Source: Nitrosopumilus sp.
Lineage (GTDB): Archaea; Thermoproteota; Nitrososphaeria; Nitrososphaerales; Nitrosopumilaceae
Assembly (NCBI GenBank): GCA_965224195.1
Contig: OZ245040.1
Coordinates: 1,088,001 to 1,152,000 of the forward strand
Direction: 5' to 3'
Length of the DNA: 64,000 nt
Positions 62,557 through 64,000 of the stretch are shown here, piece by piece. Made by a program: the position numbers and the translations under genes. The stretch's first letter is position 1. Every line of letters starts with the position of its first letter. The notes beneath the pieces are model-generated. The model ran no database searches. It saw only the letters and a list, made by a program, of their open reading frames with translations, and was not told where the DNA came from.

Positions 62557-63873
62557 CTAAAGTTTAATTCTATAATAGTCCCATCTTTCAGGATCAAATA
62601 ATGTTACAAATTCTGCTTGTTCTTTATCGACTCTCGCTCTAATGACATCCCTTAATGCAAAACTGGTTAGAAATTTGAATTTCATGGCATGGGCTTGCAT
62701 GATGAACATATGGCGCATTTCACTACCTCCCTTTAACCCCCAATATCCCATTTTTAGGGCAAGTGGTTCTAAAAATATGGTATTTCCTATTCCATAATTT
62801 TCATCTCTAATCTCTTCTCGTAATTTGTAATTCTCTAAAGGACCTCCTTTTGAAAATCCAATTATTTCTCCATTTTTGTCATTTAATCGTAATGTGTTTA
62901 TAATCACTTGAGGATCTTTAACTGATTTTTCAAAATTTTCTTTTTCAAATTGAAGTGGTGATGGTAGTTCCAAAAATATTTCATATAATGATTCAATAAA
63001 CTTTGGATCATCTCTTGTTGTCATTGACTCTATTGTTGGAACCATCTTTAGATTCTCATATGAATAATTTGCTTGAATTATAATTTCTTGCTGTCTGATT
63101 TTCATAAATGATAAAACAGTATCAAAGAAATTCTTTCGCATTTCTTTAGGAAGTACTTTGAGAATTCCTTTTGCCATGTCTGTTTCTTTGTTTAAGAGTT
63201 CTTCAAAATATGCAACTGCACTTCTAACAATTAATGATGGTCTCCATGCTAATGCATGTGCATTCATCTTTGCCATCTCCATGGCTTTAGCAAAATCTCC
63301 TAATGCATAACCGCTAATTCTATCTACAACTGATAGATACCATCCAATTTCCATAATGTGCTCCTGATATGGTAAATTGTTTCTTGTTAAATCTGAATTA
63401 TTGAAGCATTCTTTTATTTGAATTTCTGCGTTGTCCTTAATTTTTCCACTCCAAGGGTACGTGGTTCTCAAAATCAAAACTTTGATAACTTTTAAATCTA
63501 TTTTTGCTTCATCAATTAACTGACGAAGTTTTTTATCCATTGAAATAAATTTCAATACACTTTCTTCGTGAGGTTTATCTACATTTTTTTGAGGATCAAA
63601 ATCATGGAATAGTGCTGCAACGTATAAATATTTTATATCTTCACTTGTAAATTTCACTCTTTTTTGATTATTTGCTAAAAGTGAAACATATGTTACTTCT
63701 AATTCGTGGTTGATATTGTGATATCCGTAGTAATCTATTCCCAATCCTTGGCTTTCAAACAGGTCTATGGTGTAATCTAACATCTCTACATAACAATCCT
63801 CTTCTAATCCATTTTCTACCATTAGGCTGAGAATTTCATTTCTCATTGAAGGTGTATTTGCAAATTGTTGCAA
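62557..63873 (-). CDS. HD-domain protein
   Basis: YHNINH...AALFHDFD. Confidence 0.85.
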   Translation of the reverse strand: MQQFANTPSMRNEILSLMVENGLEEDCYVEMLDYTIDLFESQGLGIDYYGYHNINHELEVTYVSLLANNQKRVKFTSEDIKYLYVAALFHDFDPQKNVDKPHEESVLKFISMDKKLRQLIDEAKIDLKVIKVLILRTTYPWSGKIKDNAEIQIKECFNNSDLTRNNLPYQEHIMEIGWYLSVVDRISGYALGDFAKAMEMAKMNAHALAWRPSLIVRSAVAYFEELLNKETDMAKGILKVLPKEMRKNFFDTVLSFMKIRQQEIIIQANYSYENLKMVPTIESMTTRDDPKFIESLYEIFLELPSPLQFEKENFEKSVKDPQVIINTLRLNDKNGEIIGFSKGGPLENYKLREEIRDENYGIGNTIFLEPLALKMGYWGLKGGSEMRHMFIMQAHAMKFKFLTSFALRDVIRARVDKEQAEFVTLFDPERWDYYRIKL

Positions 63874-64000
63874 TAATCTTCGATCTAAATTCCAGTTTTT
63901 AAAGATGATCTCTTTGATTTAGAACTCATTTGTTTTTGGTGACTGTGGTTAGAAAGATTCAATAGAATTATGATTTGGTAATTTTTGAATGTCATTTAAC

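Overview
AT-rich archaeal DNA whose gene content points to a Nitrosopumilus-like ammonia-oxidising thaumarchaeote: PEFG-CTERM protein, A-type ATP synthase with divergent atpI, pyrB/pyrI, and proteasome beta subunit. From about 1.9 to 25.6 kb a defence/mobile island sits between hom and the PEFG-CTERM gene. Its core is a Type I restriction-modification locus (hsdR, hsdM) with two oppositely oriented hsdS genes and a third hsdS fragment. These share long perfect inverted repeats and five copies of a palindromic TGCGTCAA-N12/13-TTGAYGCA site. Two copies of a [site]-hicB-hicA-tyrosine recombinase module flank the locus, one intact and one decayed. This looks like an archaeal phase-variable hsdS shufflon that may also be excisable. 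The island also carries a DUF3800 gene followed by a candidate structured RNA, a broken AlbA_2/Schlafen-domain gene with a nested 73-bp-period repeat insertion, a 72 x 12-bp perfect PEPT repeat, many decayed IS elements and a Cdc6/Orc1 gene. The rest is mostly ordinary core genome with scattered pseudogenes and two further IS insertions. All calls come from motif recognition and manual alignment; no searches were run.
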